A stretch of DNA of 64,000 nt from Sarea resinae (taxonomy: Eukaryota), in NCBI GenBank assembly GCA_026026165.1, contig JAPEUD010000091.1, positions 1-64,000 on the forward strand, read 5' to 3'. The notes beneath the pieces are model-generated. The model did not search any database and had not been told where the DNA came from. It saw nothing but the letters and a program-made list of their open reading frames with translations. Every line of letters begins with the position of its first letter. Within the stretch, counting starts at the first letter, position 1. Of this stretch, positions 60,191 through 64,000 are shown piece by piece. A program made the translations under genes and the position numbers.

Positions 60191-63100
60191 CTAGAAACTA
60201 GCCATCTCAATATAAGCCCCCACAAATTGCAATTTCCTTCCTTTGTCACTCTTCATCACCTCCTCAAACTCCGCGAAACTCAATTTTCCTGGACCTCCAC
60301 GCTCGGCGATCTCGCGCTCCATGCCGGATAGCTGACTTAGCTTTCCTAGCCGGTTTCGCGAGGGGACTTTCTCCGCAAAGGAAGGAGCCGTTGAAAGGAG
60401 AGCGAGACGGTCTGCGCGTGCTGACGGGAGCTTGGATGATGACTCTGTCGGGATTGGGAAAGGTGAGGATGAGTTCGGGCGGTTTTGGGGTAGGGTTGGG
60501 TCTCGAGGGGATTCTTGAGAGCGGGAAGGTCCGGCATTGATTGGGGACGATTCCTCAACAGCATAGCCAGATTCATTGAGCAAGGCATCGAGAGGCTTGG
60601 CCAGAATGGTTGGGTCAATTGCCGATGGGTCGATGTCAGGTCGATCGAGACCTCGTGTAGAACGATCTTCTGGTGCTGGCGTTGAGCGTGTTGGGTGTAG
60701 GGATGGTTGCTCTGTGGAAGGATTAAGCTGAGAATCTCCACTGATAGATTCATTGGCAGTGCCATTGATATTCGGGAAAGGTTCTGTGACATCTTCGGTG
60801 GTAGTAGAGACTCGGGAGGAGTGAGCCGCAACGCCATTAGGCTTGGATTCAGTTGCTTTCTCCTTTCCCTTACCTCTGCTTTTCTCCTCTTCGTACTCGG
60901 ATATTTTCGACCTCCACTTCTCCCTCTCGGTCTTGGTAGCCAAAACCTCCATGGCAAGATCTTCCTTGGCCTTGAAAAGCGGGTCGAGGAGCTCATTGAT
61001 ACCTTGTTGCGCTACTTGGTAGAGCACTTCTTTGCCGACATCTTTCTCTGCTTCAGGAATCTCGTAGCCACCCCAGCGCTCGCCCACAGGGATGCTTCGT
61101 GATGAGGTCGAAGGATTAGAGCGTGTGTCGTAGTTATCGTCCGTAAGGTCATCTTGAAAGCGAACTTTGGAGGAAGACCTTGAGCGAAGAGAAGGTGGAC
61201 GAGAGCCAGGTGGAGAAGTGGACTTTTCTGCAGCCTCCTTTCCACCTTCCTTCTCGGATTCCTCCTCATAGTCTGCAGGCGGTGTCGAGCCGTCCTCGTC
61301 ATCGAGATAGAATTGACGCCGACGCCACCGTTCATTGAGGCCTTCCCGTCGGGCGGCTTCTCGTTTGCGGCGAGCCTCGTCATCAAGTCGCCGGCGTGCG
61401 GCTTTTCGAATCTTATTACGGTCCTCTGGAGAATGAATGTCCGCTAGAGCGAGGTAACTTCCAAGGGCAGTTTCCACATCCTCTACGATGACATATTCGG
61501 GGGGCCAGTCTTCGTGGTTCTCATCATCGCTGTCTCCACTGCCTCCACTAGCTTCATTCGCATTGCCATGAATGATCTCGATTATCCTGGTAGGCCCGTC
61601 CTGGAGCTGCTCGGTAGCTCTCGTCATCGCCTCCTCGAGTGCCTCCTCTAACGCCTCGTTGCCTTGATCATCTGGCACGAACATGGATTCCCAAGGCCTT
61701 CTGGACGAGCTTGGTTCGCCATAAGCCGCACGTTCGGCTGCCTCCGCGATTATTTCATCTCTACTCCCCCTGTCATCGCCACTCTCTCGAACAGCACCCT
61801 GGTTATCAACCAATTGTAAATCGCCATATTCATCTGGTCGTTTGCCCTCGCCAGTACGAGAACGTTCACCTGGCGGTATTGCTCCAGAAAAAGCAGAACT
61901 GATAGGTTGACTACCGAGAACGATATCTCTTGCCCCTCCGCTCTCGATAACATCCTCCTCCATCCCCGCCACCATGTCCTTAGTCAACTCTTTACTCAAT
62001 GCATAGAATGCCCGGAACATCCTCAAAAAGTCCTTCCGATCTACAAAGCCATCACCGTCTATGTCGTATCCCTGGAAGACCTTCCTCAGTTTCTCATCCT
62101 TGTTCTTGTTGTTCAAGCTCGACAGACCCTTCAGAAACTCCTCGAATCCAATAAGTCCATCGCCGTTAGTATCGTAAAAAGCGAACATCCGATCGTAGAT
62201 GAGGTTTGGAGGGGGAGGTCGGATAGCGGTGTTCGGAACGAAGCATTTGTCAAAACTTCGACGGTCAATTGCCATGTTGAGTTTGTTTGGGTCTTCTTGC
62301 CATTCACTGCTCGCAAGACACTTGAATTGATCCCAAAGAGCATCGACCTCGGAATTCTCAAACCCGGTCTCCTTGACTAACTTCTTTCCTAAGCCGTTCG
62401 GTAGAGCTTGAGGTAACATAGTCGGTTTACCAGGGTACCATACTGGCTGAGCTTGTCGTGGATTTCCGAGGAAGGGAGCTGGAATTCGGACTTTGTAGAA
62501 CAAATGCGTTTTCGGATGGACTTGCATCGCTTCACAAGTTTCGCAAAGATCAAAGTCGATGCAATTAGCACAACGATATCGGATGCCTCGAATGGGCATC
62601 GTGCCACATGAGTTGCATGTGACTCCTCTGTGAACGTAGCCTTCTCTCCTGGCTTGGTCCTCAGCAATGTGGTATAAGAGATTCAATAAGCTCTGGCCTT
62701 CTCGCGATGACGCACTGTCATCTCCGCGCCATGAAAATTCGCTGTCCACATCCACTACAGTCTCCCTCTCATCAAGCGCCTGAGTCGTGTGGGTGTCTTG
62801 TGAATTTGTATTGGTCTCCTCCGTTATACCGTCAGTCTGGCTGGATGTCCCTTCCAACACCCTGTTGTCGAACCTCTCGATGGCACGGTTGACGTTTTCC
62901 GCCAAGAACCCTCGGTGCATTAACTCCCTCCTCAATAGCTGGCCCCCAGGACCATTGATATTTATCCTATGGTGAGGTGGAAGCTCGGCGGCTAACATGC
63001 CGTACAGGAAGCCCTGTTCGATTGCATTACGAGCTTGAGCAGCCTCGTCCCGGGTCAGACTGTGAGATTCTTGGAGCTGGTCGATGTTGGGTAGGGAAGA

Positions 63101-63472
63101 AGGATTCAGTATGACAGAAATCCGCTGATTATTAGATAATTCAACCGTGTAAACGCCATAGTCTTCAGTTCCGCGCCCCAGTTCAGTGAAACCTTCTGTT
63201 TCAAGGGAAGCTGCCTCCTGCGATGACTGCGGTTGAGACTGCGACGAAGGCGTTTCGTTACGTTGCTCCTCCCCAGCCTGTCGCCGTCTATTGTGTCTGT
63301 GTATTGCGTTTCTGCGCCGAAGTGGAGTCTGAGAGGCTTGGTCGTCTGAGGGATAATAGACCTGACGAAGGTAGTAAATGCCGTATGCGGCCGTTAACCC
63401 TGTGACAAAAAGAACCACCGGACGATATCTAGAGAGTGATGAAGAAATGGAGGCCGTAGTTGAATCAGCCAT
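60191..63472 (-). CDS. ZZ-type zinc finger and EF-hand domain protein with N-terminal membrane anchor
   Basis: Intronless. ZZ domain (HRGVTCNSC...YRCANCIDFDLCETCE...HPKTH), two canonical EF loops (DTNGDGLIGFEE, DIDGDGFVDRKD), a degenerate C-terminal EF-like motif (GKLSFAEF), and hydrophobic PVVLFVTGLTAAYGIYYL near the N-terminus. Confidence 0.88.
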   Translation of the reverse strand: MADSTTASISSSLSRYRPVVLFVTGLTAAYGIYYLRQVYYPSDDQASQTPLRRRNAIHRHNRRRQAGEEQRNETPSSQSQPQSSQEAASLETEGFTELGRGTEDYGVYTVELSNNQRISVILNPSSLPNIDQLQESHSLTRDEAAQARNAIEQGFLYGMLAAELPPHHRININGPGGQLLRRELMHRGFLAENVNRAIERFDNRVLEGTSSQTDGITEETNTNSQDTHTTQALDERETVVDVDSEFSWRGDDSASSREGQSLLNLLYHIAEDQARREGYVHRGVTCNSCGTMPIRGIRYRCANCIDFDLCETCEAMQVHPKTHLFYKVRIPAPFLGNPRQAQPVWYPGKPTMLPQALPNGLGKKLVKETGFENSEVDALWDQFKCLASSEWQEDPNKLNMAIDRRSFDKCFVPNTAIRPPPPNLIYDRMFAFYDTNGDGLIGFEEFLKGLSSLNNKNKDEKLRKVFQGYDIDGDGFVDRKDFLRMFRAFYALSKELTKDMVAGMEEDVIESGGARDIVLGSQPISSAFSGAIPPGERSRTGEGKRPDEYGDLQLVDNQGAVRESGDDRGSRDEIIAEAAERAAYGEPSSSRRPWESMFVPDDQGNEALEEALEEAMTRATEQLQDGPTRIIEIIHGNANEASGGSGDSDDENHEDWPPEYVIVEDVETALGSYLALADIHSPEDRNKIRKAARRRLDDEARRKREAARREGLNERWRRRQFYLDDEDGSTPPADYEEESEKEGGKEAAEKSTSPPGSRPPSLRSRSSSKVRFQDDLTDDNYDTRSNPSTSSRSIPVGERWGGYEIPEAEKDVGKEVLYQVAQQGINELLDPLFKAKEDLAMEVLATKTEREKWRSKISEYEEEKSRGKGKEKATESKPNGVAAHSSRVSTTTEDVTEPFPNINGTANESISGDSQLNPSTEQPSLHPTRSTPAPEDRSTRGLDRPDIDPSAIDPTILAKPLDALLNESGYAVEESSPINAGPSRSQESPRDPTLPQNRPNSSSPFPIPTESSSKLPSARADRLALLSTAPSFAEKVPSRNRLGKLSQLSGMEREIAERGGPGKLSFAEFEEVMKSDKGRKLQFVGAYIEMASF

Positions 63473-64000
63473 GGCCAAGAACCAAGATGGGAGATCCACG
63501 AAGCGGACTTGTATAGAGAACGATGTCTAGGTTATTGCGGCGAAGGCCTAGCAGGTAACAGAGGCCGCGGTTGACATAGAGATGTCATCGTGGGCTCTGG
63601 CCAGTTGTATTGATTAGAAAGTATCAGAGGATCTCAAAGACGGTCTCTAAGTTTTCGTGGAGACGTCCATTTCAAGTGATGCTGGTGGTTGGAGTCGTAG
63701 GTCTGGTGTGAATAATTAATTACGCGCAGCTGAAAGTCAACCTGAAAGGTAAAGGCCGAGGCCTCGAATATTGCCCAATGACGCTATCTCGTCGTCCGTA
63801 CAAATCAACGGCCAAGAATTCGGCACGGGCTGCCATAGTATCCATTCATGTATATTCATCGAATCCACTCAATCTGCCATAGTGATGAAGAGTAGAGATT
63901 GTTCATTTCCTATAATCTAACAAGACACCAAATAGATGATGATCATTCTATACAGCAATGACTACAACCTAGTCAAGGTCCTATCCTATAGCAGCACCCG

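Noticed and set aside
3433..63472. Secondary-metabolite gene cluster
   Set aside because: There is no PKS, NRPS, terpene synthase or DMATS gene, and the tailoring-type genes are interspersed among housekeeping genes.
3433..63472. Stop-codon readthrough producing cryptic peroxisomal (PTS1) isoforms
   Set aside because: None of the stop codons I checked has the TGA-CTA readthrough context.

Overview
Genomic DNA of a filamentous ascomycete (Pezizomycotina), judged from short GT-AG introns with CTRAC-type branch sites, RIP signatures and a PRC2 gene. Bases 1-~3250 are an AT-rich, RIP-degraded block. It holds a minus-strand Ty1/copia retrotransposon (5' LTR 2530-2783, PBS, gag, protease, start of integrase) that is interrupted by a second, related LTR (1-126). 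The rest is gene-dense, with 18 protein genes in this order: flavin reductase-like protein, Baeyer-Villiger monooxygenase, Spc105/KNL1, RPS11, WDR6/Trm734, EZH2/SET-7, Pil1/Lsp1, CAF-1 subunit Cac2, ABCC transporter, frameshifted beta-lactamase-family gene, LigD-type 3'-phosphoesterase, ADP1, PLP aminotransferase, Vba-like MFS, MAP1, ERV14, PQ-loop protein, PRP17, and additionally a ZZ/EF-hand protein at the window end. The best leads are: (1) an in-frame, UUG-initiable, mitochondrial-presequence-like extension of MAP1; (2) a bacterial-type flavin reductase with an NLS-like N-terminus paired with an intronless BVMO at the RIP border; (3) a stand-alone LigD phosphoesterase with a GC-AG intron, head-to-head with a 1-nt-frameshifted beta-lactamase; (4) a 7x9-bp bZIP-like promoter array. 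No complete novel multi-gene system can be proven from sequence alone. All calls were made by eye without database searches, and intron coordinates are manual.
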